A stretch of 64,000 nucleotides of DNA, from contig OX337238.1 of the NCBI GenBank assembly GCA_946965045.2, positions 3,100,001-3,164,000 of the forward strand, in the 5' to 3' direction. Both the position numbers and the translations under genes were made by a program. Below are positions 1-11,600 of the stretch, in pieces. Below the pieces are notes generated by a model. That model saw only the letters and a program-made list of their open reading frames with translations, made no database searches and was not told where the DNA came from. How positions within the stretch are numbered: position 1 is the stretch's first letter; each line of letters opens with the position of its first letter. This DNA comes from Epithemia pelagica (taxonomy: Eukaryota; Protista; Bacillariophyta).

Positions 1-515
1 TCTCATTCACCACTGAACTCTGATGAATGCCGTGCTGAAGGGCAAGCGTTCCCTTCAAAACTTGATCTGTTGGTTGGTTGGTTCCTTCTTAGTGCAATGG
101 ACCGCTCGAAAATTTTTTCATAGACACCACTTTCACCGCAAAGTCTTTGTGAGAACGGTTCCGTCAATTCAACGGGGCGGGGCGTCTTTCCATGTTGCAA
201 AGATTGTTGCCTTGGCTGATATTGGTGGAAAGAGAGAGTCACCTGTCATCTATTCTCATTGATCAATGACGCATGTTCCTCGAAACGTGGAATCTCTGAT
301 GAATGAATGGCCAGCAAAGGGCCAGCGTTCCCGTCAAAACTTGATCTGTTGTTTGTGGTTCCTTCTCCGTGGAAGGGACCGCTCAGAAAAATGGCTTCTT
401 TCACCGGAAAGTCTCTGTAAGAAAATATTTCAATGGATATGATCAGATTCAGCAATCTCATAAAGCTTGAAGGATCAGATTGGACTCGGTTGAAACTTAT
501 TGTTGGCTTTCTACA

Positions 516-2349
516 ATGTCGCGTTCCTCTCGTTCGCATTGATCCTTGTCGCCATACACAGTTGTTTCCCTGAAGTGGTGGCGGTCCGTCGCTGTGCTCT
601 TAGCCTTGTTTGTTGTGGCACAAGGAAGCATTGTAAGAGACGAGGCAACCTTGTCGGATGACGAAGAGCCGCAGTGGAATGATCAAGAAATTCCGCCGCA
701 TCTGGGTGGATGGCTTTACTATCATGCCTCGGTAGTAGTTGAGAATCTGGAAAATAAAGAGGATCAAACGATTGTTGTTTTGGGAGGACAGACAGAAGCT
801 AAAGAAGGTACTGATTCCGTTATCTTGTTGGATATTGGACAGGAGGACACTAAACAATGGCGAGAGGGACCGAATATGAACGAAAAGAGACAAGAACATG
901 CCGTTGTGGTCTGCAATGAATGGGTGTATGCCATTGGAGGGTAGGCTGGTCACCGTTTGGATACGATTGAATACATTGGAGTTGGGCATTTGTCGAAAAT
1001 TCCGATGGAAAGTAAACCAAAGCATTGGACAACACTTGATGCTCGCTTGTCCTCAACAAGAGTTGGATTGGCTGCGGCTGTCGTTCGTGATCGGTACATT
1101 GTCGTTGCCGGAGGTTACAATTCTGCTGGTGGTTCTTTGTCCACGGTTGATATCATTGACACGGAAGCAGAAGGTGGACCAGCTGTCACTTTAGGGCCAT
1201 CTTTGAGCGAAGCACGATGTAAACATGGAATGGCTGTCATTGGGAATCGTGTCTACGTTGTTGGTGGAGGCTACAGCTCTCCGAACACGTTGAGCTCGGT
1301 GGAATATTTGGAGTTTCGCACAAATGAGATCAATAGCGACGTGACCTTCTCCTCTTGGACTGTGGACCAGAATCTTGCTCTTGCCGAGCCACGGAACTAT
1401 CACAGTGTGTTGAGATTGGGATCGAGTCTTGTCGTGGTAGGAGGGGGTAGCAGATCGTCCCCGTTGAAGTCTGTAGAGGTCTTGAACACTAAAGACAGTG
1501 TGTCTTGGTACCTTCCAGAGATGATTAAACCACGGGATGGATGTTCCATGGTTGCAACATCCATTGGAATTGTTGTGATTGGTGGAAACTGGAAAGCCTC
1601 GGCCTCTTCGGAGATACTTCCCCTTATTACAAAACAACAACAGCTCAAGGTATGGCAAATATTCACATTATTGAAACATATTTTGAATGAATCACTCTTA
1701 TACTCATTTGTTGTTTTCATGTTCCGTGTTTCAGAACATGTACTCTTGCCGAGCCGAACTTGATGAGGAAATAAAGAAACTAGAGGCCGCAATTCAACGG
1801 GCCAAGAGTGAATACGTGGATGTAGAGGTATTGAACGCGGGTGCGAATGCTGAGAAACTGCTTCCGATTTTACAATCTCTTTGTGATGAACCGAAATTTC
1901 GCTCAGTGCAAGACCTTCAACAAGAAATTGAAAAGCTCAATGCTACTGTGACCAACATGAATGAGATTCAAGACAGGATTCTCATTGCTCAACGAATCAA
2001 CAAGTTGAAATCCCTTGTTGCGTTAAACAACGACAAGGTGAAGAATTTGGATGCCAGTGTTCCGCCTATCCCGGCAACGAACAACACGAACATGGATGAT
2101 GGTGTTCCGGCTACAAATTACAAAAATAATAATGGTGTTGTTCTGGATATCCGCATATGGACTTGGATTCGGAGTCACTTTGGATTGGCTCTAACAGGCA
2201 TTATCATACTGGTTTTCACAGTAATTTGCAGGGTCATGCATTTAAATACATGTGGATGCATCGTTTTCGCAACGCGGAAGAAGAAAAGCTTCTCAGTGAA
2301 AAAGTTGTTGGCTGCAAACCATCTTACCGTTTCGTACGGAGCCGCTTAG
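516..2349 (+). pseudogene. Kelch-repeat gene K1 (N-terminal hydrophobic segment, kelch repeats, coiled-coil exon, C-terminal TM helix), disrupted
   Basis: Kelch motifs (YAIGG, YIVVAGG, VYVVGG, LVVVGG, IVVIGG). In-frame TGA at 540-542 after ATG 516, and in-frame TAG at 942-944 between ORFs 546..944 and 957..1763, which are in the same frame. GT-AG intron 1650-1734 joins in frame to the coiled-coil ORF ending at 2349, which has a hydrophobic C-terminal segment. Confidence 0.8.
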
Positions 2350-3147
2350 GTAACCCGATAGCTCGTACTAGCAACTCGTGTATAGGAAAAAGTTCGCGAG
2401 ACCGTTCCTAAAGACTCTTGTAGTGGTGTTGAACAAACATGAATTGCGCAGTGGTGGTGAGCAGTCGTCTGATAGTGTTATTCCCGCTTCCACTGAATCA
2501 TCAACCATCCCTCTCTGGTTTGTTCCATGTCGCGATGCTACTGACCGAGTGGTCAGTGGCGAACAATATGAATCTTTGTTGTCATTGAAATCACGGCATG
2601 TGTGTCTCTAGTGTCATCTATCATCTATTCGACTGCTAATTCCTTGTTTTTTCCGAGGAGACTGCTGTTTCCTTGTTTTGTGATCGTCCATCATCTAAGT
2701 GTACCAATCATATTACTGCAATTCACATCATTGGATTGCGATGGTTCCTTCGGCAGCAACTACATTCAGAATCCAGTGTTGTCACGGTGTTTCCGACATC
2801 AACTCATTGCAACCATTCACCCATGCCTAAAATGACGAATCACCAGTGAAAAAGCTTCAATCGTTCTGGTATAATGAATAGAATTCTCCTTGTCAAGGTA
2901 CTTTGTCGTGACGCAATGCATTCCGACGAGAATACATCTGACATGCCGTCGTCGTCATGGTCAAAAAAGTTTCTATGCGACAGAGAAAGATATGAAGCGT
3001 GTCGATGGACGGACGAAAGATCCAACAGGACTGTGCGCTTTCACGGGATTTATCTCCGATACCTGCGATCCCAACGCGAACAGAAAAAGATCCAAAACGC
3101 AGAGCGGAATCTTTTTTTCTGATGCAACAATCCCATGTCCAGTGTAG

Positions 3148-4311
3148 ATGATTTGGTCCCTGACGTTGCTACTCGGATGGTGTGTCGTGACGCAAGCAAG
3201 AACGATGCACGAGAATGCCACCATGTCAGGGCTTGTCTTTGCCAACTTGACAGACGATAAAGAGCCGCAATGGAATGATCAAGAAATTCCTCCGCTTCGG
3301 GGTGGATGGCGTTACAAACATGCTTCGGTAGTCGTTGCGAATCCGGAAAATGCAGAGGATCAAACTATTGTGGTCTTTGGGGGACAAACAGATGCTGTAT
3401 CTCCCACTGATTCCGTCATTTTGTTAACTTTTGGAAAGCACCACACTACGAAATGGCGAGAGGGACCGAAAATGAACGAAAAGAGGAATGGACATGACGT
3501 TGTGGTCTGCAACGGGTGGGTGTATGCCATTGGAGGGTTTGTCATGGGAGTGGATGAAGGCAAATCCTACTCGGATGCGATTGAAAGAATTCGAGTTGCA
3601 GACTTATTGGAATCGTCTTTGGAAAGCAACCGAAAGAATTGGACGACATTGGATGTTCGATTGTCCTCACAAAGAAATGAATTCACTGCGGCTGTCGTTC
3701 GGAATCGGTATATTGTTGTTGCTGGAGGGTTAGGGGTAGTAAACAATTCTGTTGATTCTTTGTCCACGGTTGAGATTATTGACACGGAATCAAAAGGTGG
3801 ACCAGTTGTCATTCAAGGACCATCTTTGAACGAAGCTCGATATTCACATGGAACCGCGGTGATTGGAAATCGTGTCTACCTTGTCGGTGGGGGCGGGAGA
3901 AACGGTGAGTTGGAGTCGGTGGAATATCTGGAGTTTCGTACAGAAAAGAGCTGTAATGAAGACATTACCTTTTTGTCTTCGTGGACCATGGACAAGAATC
4001 TGTCTCTTGTGGAGTCACGTAAAAGCCACGCTGTGTTGAATTCGGGATTGAATCTGGTTGTGGCAGGAGGATATACGGGATTTTCCTTGCTCAAGTCTGT
4101 CAAAGTCTTGGACACGAAAGGCCGAGTGGTTTGGCACCTACCCAATATGACCATAAAACGGGATGGATGTTCCATGGTGGCAACAGCCAATGGCATTGTT
4201 GTAGTTGGTGGATACGGTCATGACTCGTGCGAGATACTTCCACTCCTCATCAAAAAGAAAGCACAAAAACTCCACTTCAAGATGAGATATAAACCCTCAC
4301 TGTTACCGTGA
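3148..4311 (+). CDS. Kelch-repeat protein K2, 387 aa; coiled-coil tail eroded
   Basis: Open kelch ORF paralogous to K1. Downstream 4308-4420 is an out-of-frame, deleted remnant of the K1 coiled-coil exon (NNMDVIQARIL vs TNMNEIQDRIL). Confidence 0.75.
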   Translation: MIWSLTLLLGWCVVTQARTMHENATMSGLVFANLTDDKEPQWNDQEIPPLRGGWRYKHASVVVANPENAEDQTIVVFGGQTDAVSPTDSVILLTFGKHHTTKWREGPKMNEKRNGHDVVVCNGWVYAIGGFVMGVDEGKSYSDAIERIRVADLLESSLESNRKNWTTLDVRLSSQRNEFTAAVVRNRYIVVAGGLGVVNNSVDSLSTVEIIDTESKGGPVVIQGPSLNEARYSHGTAVIGNRVYLVGGGGRNGELESVEYLEFRTEKSCNEDITFLSSWTMDKNLSLVESRKSHAVLNSGLNLVVAGGYTGFSLLKSVKVLDTKGRVVWHLPNMTIKRDGCSMVATANGIVVVGGYGHDSCEILPLLIKKKAQKLHFKMRYKPSLLP

Positions 4312-4585
4312 ACAACATGGATGTGATTCAAGCCAGGATCCTATTGTTTGACGAATCCATGAATTGGGATGCCGGTGTACTGGCTATCACGGTAACGGAC
4401 AACCGGCTTGATCTCGCAGCGTACGATCAACTGTCTGCAGTTTGGACTGGATTTCTACCTAACGATTTGCCACACTCAAAGAGCAAATTGTTTTCATAAC
4501 CCGACGGAACCATCTTGCCTAAAATCGGATTACTATATCGTATCCCAATTACATCAAGTCGCTACGTTGTCTCATAATCGTCTCT

Positions 4586-6149
4586 TCAAACAAAACACCA
4601 AAACGAAAAGCAACGATTCAAGTACTTCTGGTTCGTGGCAATTTTGGATTGAAGAATCTCCACTTTTCGGAGAAGGGGAATTTTTTCTCGCATGCCTTCA
4701 ATCGTCTGCAGGATGGACTGGATCTCGTCAAGGTCGGCTTGAAGGTCTTTCACAGAGCGGAATTTGTCATCGCTCAAAAGAGATTCCGTTGCAACATGAA
4801 ACAGAACAATCCATGTACTCCTGGTTCGTGGCAATCCTTGATTTAAGAAACTCGACTTTTCACATAAGGGGGAGTTTTTCTCGCATGAGTTCGATCGTTT
4901 CGATTTTGGTCTGGATCTCGTCAATTTCGTCTTGTAGGTCCTTCACTGAGCGAAACTTGGCGTCACTCACGATGGATCTAAGAACGACAAGCAAATCTTG
5001 TGCATCGGCGCCCTTTTGCACCATTTCTTGGTCGCTGTATTCCTTTCCAGCCTTTTTCACAATTGATTCGAAGTATTCTATTTCTTTTTCGAGCTCCGCC
5101 CGACAGGAAAACTTGTTCTGTAAAGGGACCAGGTGGAAGTAAGATATGATGTGAGAATTTCTAAAAAAAACTGTATTAGCAGAAGGAGAGTTCTGCAGCG
5201 TACCTTTAGTTCTTGTTTCTTTGTCATGAGTGGAAGTGTCTCACAAGAGTCTACCTCGTATCCACCAATTACAACAATGCCGGATGACGTTACAACCATG
5301 CTGCATCCTTTCCGTTCCTTCTTCATATTCGAAAGGCTCCAAGTGACACTGTCTTCGGTGTCCAAGACTTCTACCGACTTCAACAAGCCCGATGTGCTCT
5401 GCCCTCCTGCCACCACGACACTTGACCCCAAACGCAAAGCAGCGTGTTCGGCACGTGACTCAAGAAGAGCAAGATTCTGGTCCACAGTCCAAGAGGACGA
5501 GAAGGTCACGTCGCTGCTGCTGTTCATCTCAATTAAACTCTAAATATTCCAACGAGTCCAAGGTGTATGAATATCTAGAGCCTCCAACAACGTAAACACG
5601 ATTCCCAATCACAGTCATTGCACGGCCATTGCGAGCATTGTTCAGAGATGGCCCCGAAGTCACAACAGGTCTGCCCTTTGCCGCAGTGTCAAGTATATTA
5701 ACATAATAGCCATTAATAACAATGTACCGATTCCGAACGACAGCCGCAGCAATTTCTTCTCCTGATAGAGACAATCGAGCATCAAGTGTCGTCCAGTGCT
5801 TTCGTTTACTTTCCATTGACATGTCCAATAAATCTGCAACTCGAATATATTCAATTATTCAACCGTGAGTTACCATCATACCCTCCGATGGCATAGACCC
5901 AACCATTGCAGACCTCAACGGCATGACCCCTTCTCTGTTGCTTCATTTTTGGTCCCTCGCGCCATCCTTTCGGGCTCTTTCCAACATTCAACAAGATAAC
6001 GGAATTAGTAGGATCCTCATGTTCTGTGCGTCCTCCGAAAACCGCAATGGTTTGTTCCTCTTCATTATCTGGATTCTCAAGGACTACCGAAGCATGTCGG
6101 TAATGCCAACCTCCTAGAAGCGGGGGTATGTCTTGATCATTCCATTGAG
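4586..6149 (-). pseudogene. Kelch-repeat pseudogene K3 (copy 1), 5'-deleted
   Basis: Kelch reading frame broken by frameshifts near 5850 and 5530. GT-AG intron precedes the SCRAELEKE exon. Extra CGA>TGA stop at ~4860. A 303-bp deletion at 6149/6150 relative to copy 2 removes the start and hydrophobic leader. Confidence 0.85.
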
Positions 6150-6481
6150 TTTTTCGCGATCCACAGATCAAGACGCTGGCCCTGTACAATCTAAGACTTT
6201 CAAGTGAAAAGCCTTCTCAATGCGCGACGAATGTTCCTCGCCACGTGTAACCTTTTGCTCTGTACCAATCCACTTAGCAAAAGTTGATCAACAACCCGAA
6301 GAACATGCGCTCCAAAGCTGTTGAAAATGAGAGTGACTATCGTTCCCGTAGAGTGGTTAGATTGAGAAACCGACAAGTCGAATCTGGAGTTGACATGGGG
6401 TGGTGTTTGCTGACCGTGTTACTGGGATGATCCAATGTGCTGGTAGGCAAGTGCCGTGGAAGAAGAACCAGCCCTTCTGAA

Positions 6482-8123
6482 ATGGTCTTTCTTTCAAGTG
6501 AATCTGAAACTCCAGAATGGAAGTCGTTTAAACTACCACAAGCTGTTAAAGGAGTGTTGCGTGGTGATCATACTACCGTTGTCCTCCCGCATGGTGAAAA
6601 GGGAAAAGAGCCAACTGTCGTTGTCTTGGAGGGATACCAAGAATATGGAGTTATGATGAGTTTACAAGTCCCTTGGATATTGAAGAGAACAGATGATTTG
6701 ACTAGGAAGGCATCATCCGTTTTCCTTCTGAATCCACAAGTCGGCAGCTCCACTTCACGAAAGGGACCCGACCTCAATGGTGGGAAATCATGGAATCTTC
6801 AATGGGGCCATACAGCTATGGTCTGTAAGGGGAGTTTATACGTCATTGGAGGATATCGAGCGTCCTTGGAGTTTGAAACCCTCCAACGTATTGGTGTTGC
6901 TGATTTGCTTGAAACAACATCAGTCAACATGAAATGGTCGACGGTCTTGATTTATCGATATTGGTTTCCAAGATATGGCGGATGTGCGGCGACCGTTGTC
7001 CATGATCGTAATATTTTGGTTGTTGGAGGACATACGGGGCTCTTTACATTGAGCTCTGTTGACATTATTGATACCGCCGCACCGAACGGACCTTTACGGA
7101 TTTCGGGCCCATCCATGCACGAAGCTCGGACGGGATGTGGCATTGCTGTGATTGGCCGACGAATCTACGTGGTTGGTGGTCACAATGGATACAATGTGTT
7201 GAACACGGTGGAGTATCTCGAATTCAATGACGTGTCTCACGATGATACAAGTGACAACGTATCTTCTGTCTTTCCGTCGTCGTTGTCATGGAAAATGCAC
7301 GAGACTCTGGCTCTCAATGTTCCGCGTCGAAATCATGCCATTGCGACAGTGGGATCCAATATTGTCGTCGCAGGAGGGTTTGACGGCAGCAGTAGTCTCA
7401 GGTCTGTTGAAGTTTTGGACACTCAACGAAACATAGTTTGGAACCTTCCATCAATGAGAAAAGAACGAGTTGGTTGCAGTATGGTTGCCCTCTCTACAGG
7501 ACTTGTGGTGACTGGAGGAGCGGGGGATGATTCCGCTGAGACACTTCCATTGAGTGAAACACGAGAAACACTCCTGGTAAGAATCTCTTTGAACTGCATG
7601 TATCTGTTGTTCCTTGTATGGTACTTCGTTACCTCATGTCAAGTTCAAACGCTCCGGTTGGTCCTTTCTGTAGAAGATGCTGTCTTGTCGTGCGGAACTT
7701 GACATGGAAATGGAAAAACTTCACATTGCAATCTACCGTGCCCAGATGGAGTTTAGCGATGAAGACGTTCTGGAACAAGGCATCAAGGCACAGAGACTAC
7801 TACGAATTTTTGAATCTCTTGCGGAGGAGGACCAGTTCCGATCCAATGAATTGATGCAAGAAGAAATTGAAGAGCTTTCGACAGAATTGGCAACCGTGCA
7901 AGTCATTCAAGAGAGACTTCCTCTTGTTCGTAAAATCAAAATGCTTCAATCCAGAATCGCCATGAACCATGCTTTTTTGGAAGAGCAAGTGGACAACTCA
8001 GCTATGAGTGCTATAGCCGCCAGTGATGGTTTGACCATGCCGTCTGAGCCGCGATCGCCTTTTGAGGATACATGTGCATTTCAGGATGATCATGGCCATG
8101 ACAGTCAGCTTGCGTTGTCGTAG
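6482..8123 (+). CDS. Kelch-repeat + coiled-coil protein K4 (exons 6482-7576, 7674-8123)
   Basis: Kelch motifs (LYVIGG, ILVVGG, IYVVGG, IVVAGG). Intron 7577-7673 (GTAAG...TAG) splices in frame to KMLSCRAELD. Appears intact. Start codon choice is uncertain. Confidence 0.8.
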
Positions 8124-8496
8124 AAGAGCAGCGGCATGTTATAGTAGTGATCAATCCCTCGAGAAGACCCCATAATCCTGTGAAACTTGTAGAAAAGGAT
8201 AACTGGATGAAGCCCATAACCTTTTAGTGACAATTATTGCTTCTCATATTTGAGTAGCCCCGTCAATGCTTGTAGATCGATCCTGACGATGGAACTTATT
8301 GAGGTCTGCTGCTGCCATACGTACGAACGCGATTCACCTTGACCTTTCCAGCTGAACGGCATCATGAGAGTCTGTCAGCATTGACTCGGAACTTTTGTAA
8401 GGTCCGCTCTCGACGATTCTGAAATCGATCTGCTCGGATCTCGATCGTTCAGTATCCCATGGTCACAAGAACGGGTGTCGTGTGTCGTTTTGTACC

Positions 8497-8636
8497 TGTG
8501 CGCCAGCGACAGGACACTCAGGTAGCTACACGTAGTCTAGCTAGATCACACTAGCTATGTCTAGGAGTCTGCCAACAGCAGCCATGGAGCTCAGAGTTTT
8601 TGGAGCAACGCAATCTTTACCAAGTTTGCTGTTGGT
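8497..8636 (+). repeat. Split direct repeat A1 (140 bp)
   Basis: Identical by eye to 18547-18686. Confidence 0.95.
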
Positions 8637-11600
8637 GTTTTTCTTCCTTTCTTCTTTCTTTCTTGTCTTTGCCTTTGCTTCCTTTGTCATGTCGTTATCC
8701 TTCGCTATTAATCCTACCCTTCGCGGATTAATCTCTCCCGATACGACCCAGTCGTTCCTTTCGTTCTCCCCTTCTGGTTTGTTCAAGCCTGTGGCATCCA
8801 CCACAACCTATCCAAATCAGTTCTCCGGCATGTCTCCTCTTCACCCTACCGATCTCCAAAACTCTAAAGACTTTATTTTCTTGTCCCCTGAAGAAAAATC
8901 CAAGGAAATCCAGAAGGAATTTTTGGCCAATCTTCTTTCCTTGAATTTTGGGCCAAATAATTCCTCTCCCGACGCTACCGTAGTCACTTCCCCTGCCAAG
9001 TATACCCTGGCTGCAGACTCACCTACTATTGCCGGCTTCCTAGCCGTTGTCCAGCTTGACTCGGCTCCCACCACCGATCCCAGCAAGCTTTCCTCCAAAA
9101 TCCCACCCCCGTCCGGCCCTTACCTGGTTGTCCTCGGGCCCACGGCGTTTGCCTTCAACGGAAAAGGCTTGCAAGCACATGTATTTTCCGATACCCCCCA
9201 GAAAATCAGCTCCTCGCAGTTTCGTTTTCCTACAACGTTAATTGCCCCTGCGTTCGCTTTCCAATCGGGCATCCGTCCCCAATCCATTTCACAACTTAAC
9301 CCCTACTCGTGGATTACTTCCCACCCCAGTTCCATACTGGCCTCCCTCCGTGCTCACCGAGCCCTTTTTTCCACTGTTATCCTTGAACAGTCTACGTCAC
9401 GCCTCCACTCGCCTGACGACCCGTGGCATTCTCTTTGGATCCCCTCCCAAGACTCCCCCCCACATGCCCATCAAATTTTCTCGCGCCTCCATCGCGTCGA
9501 CGAACCCATTCTCACAATTCAAGTTGAGAACACTTCTCCTATCGAGGGCTCCTGGATTGCTCTTTCCGCCCTTCCCCTTCCTCGTCATCATCATCTTCCT
9601 ATTGGTCTCCTTTTCGATCCTGCCTCCATTCCTGACTCCGCCAGTTTAATTAACGCTATTCTTGGTTGGAATCAAACCTACAACCCGATGCCAGCCACTC
9701 GTTCTTCCCATCTCAAAGACTTGGCAACAACTCTCTCTTGGCTTGACGTCCCCTTTGTCAACGATTGGCTCCTCACCGTGAGTCAACGCGCCGACGACTT
9801 TGCTACCGTTTGGCACACTTCCAAACAGATAGCAACCGACCTCACCACCCTCAAGAACGTCCCCATCTCTACCAACCTTCCCCGTTCTTATCCGGCTCGT
9901 ATCCACCCTTATGAAGCCCTGTTTGTGCATCCTTTCTTCTCCCTTACAACCAAGCTTTTCTCCGATGCACTCCTCCAAAACAATCCGTCCCATACCATGC
10001 GAACCAAATTCTTCACTTTCTTTCGGGAGAAAGCAAACATGCTATCCTCCCAAGACGTCGACCTGTTCCTCCCTCAAAACATCCCTCACGTGGACAACAC
10101 CCACACATACGTTCCTTTCCTCTTTCGCCCTCAAACACAGTCGTGGTCCACCTCCTACGGTTTCAAATCCTTTTCTTCCTTTGATGTCCAAAAATACCTT
10201 CCGGATTTTTTGAATCACCTCCCAAACGATCATCTCGCTCAACGCGTCATCTCCACCCCACACGATCGGTCACCATCTTCGTCCCTCAACCCACCCCAAC
10301 CCAACACGGTTACCCGTTTGAATGTCGATTCCCCGGACAAACCCTCGCAAAAAAACCCTCCTTCCTCTCCCCAGACACCGGAAGTTCGACCATTCCCTCT
10401 GGAACCTCCCGCAGAAAGCCTCCCTCGTCGTCCTACAGCCTTTCACCCTCCAACGGCTCGCATTCCCTCACCAGCAGCCCTGGACCCCTCGCCACGGTTT
10501 CCTGCCCCAGTCCCTGTCTCTCGTGTTCCTCTGCAACCCCAGCAGATGGAACCACAACAGCGTGCTCCTCCAACCCCTCAGCAGCTGGAACCACAGCAGC
10601 CGCCACCTCAACCCCATCAGAATCGTCTCCTCGTCGGTCCGGACCCACCGCCGTTTCCCACCCAACACCCCATTCAGCAACTTCCGCCTCGTCCTCCCTC
10701 GCGACAGGAGCATTTCCTCCCCCCCCTTCCTCCCCCCCGCCTCCAGCGGTCTCCTTCCACCTCTACAGCCAATGCCTACTCCAACGCCTCTCCTCATGCA
10801 CCCCACAACCCACCACGTAGACCCACTCATTATCACCCAGCCTCTCCAGCCATGGAGTCCTACCACTCCCAATCCTTCAACCCCTTGGCGCACCAACGTC
10901 AGGCCTGGGACGCACCCCTGGTTTCCACCACTACCTCACCCTGGTATCTCCCGGTTGACAACCCAACTTGGTTTACGAGCACACGGCTCAAATATGTGCA
11001 TTCCACCTTGGCTTCCTCCGCGTATCTTCCCCTCATCCGACGCACCATGGAAGAGCGCGGTCAATTTACTTTTGACCGCTTTATTTTCCAAGACACCGAC
11101 CAACTCCCACCTCATGTAGTCCAATGGGCCTTCCTGGGCATCGTTGCTCTACCTACGGATCTACGTTTGGTTGACCCCAACTTGCCCACAACCACGAGAC
11201 GTCCCTCCTATTCCCACGAGCTTCTCCATACCCCCAGCCATCTCAACAACGATTGGCTGCGCCAAGTTCTGCCCTACGCAGGCGCTGATCATCGCAGCTC
11301 TGCCGCCGAGGTAGCGGCCATTGACCTCCTCGCCGCCGCCATTGAAGCTTCCCAATACCCGGTGGCTCCGTTCCGCGTCGATTTTTCTCAGTCTTTCCTT
11401 CACGCAGAAGCCCCGCGTAAAGCACTGAGAACATTCCGTATCAACGCAGGTCAGACTCTTCATCTCGACGACCCTAAGTCATTATATCTATCCCTCACTC
11501 CTTGGCACTTCCTCTGGTCCATCCCCTTGTCCCCAGAGGGTCGCCTCCCGCAACAAGGTCTCTCCTGCACCCAGTTTAAGCTGTTCTTCCATCATATTGT

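Larger units (their letters stand above)
2101..8496. repeat. Tandem segmental duplication, copy 1 (a further ~25 bp lie beyond the inserted element, 18877-18902)
   Basis: Colinear and near-identical to 18902-25621; the same ORF set recurs. Confidence 0.95.

Noticed and set aside
4408-5142. 244-aa plus-strand ORF (and its copy 21186..21920)
   Set aside because: Antisense shadow of the K3 coiled-coil exon.
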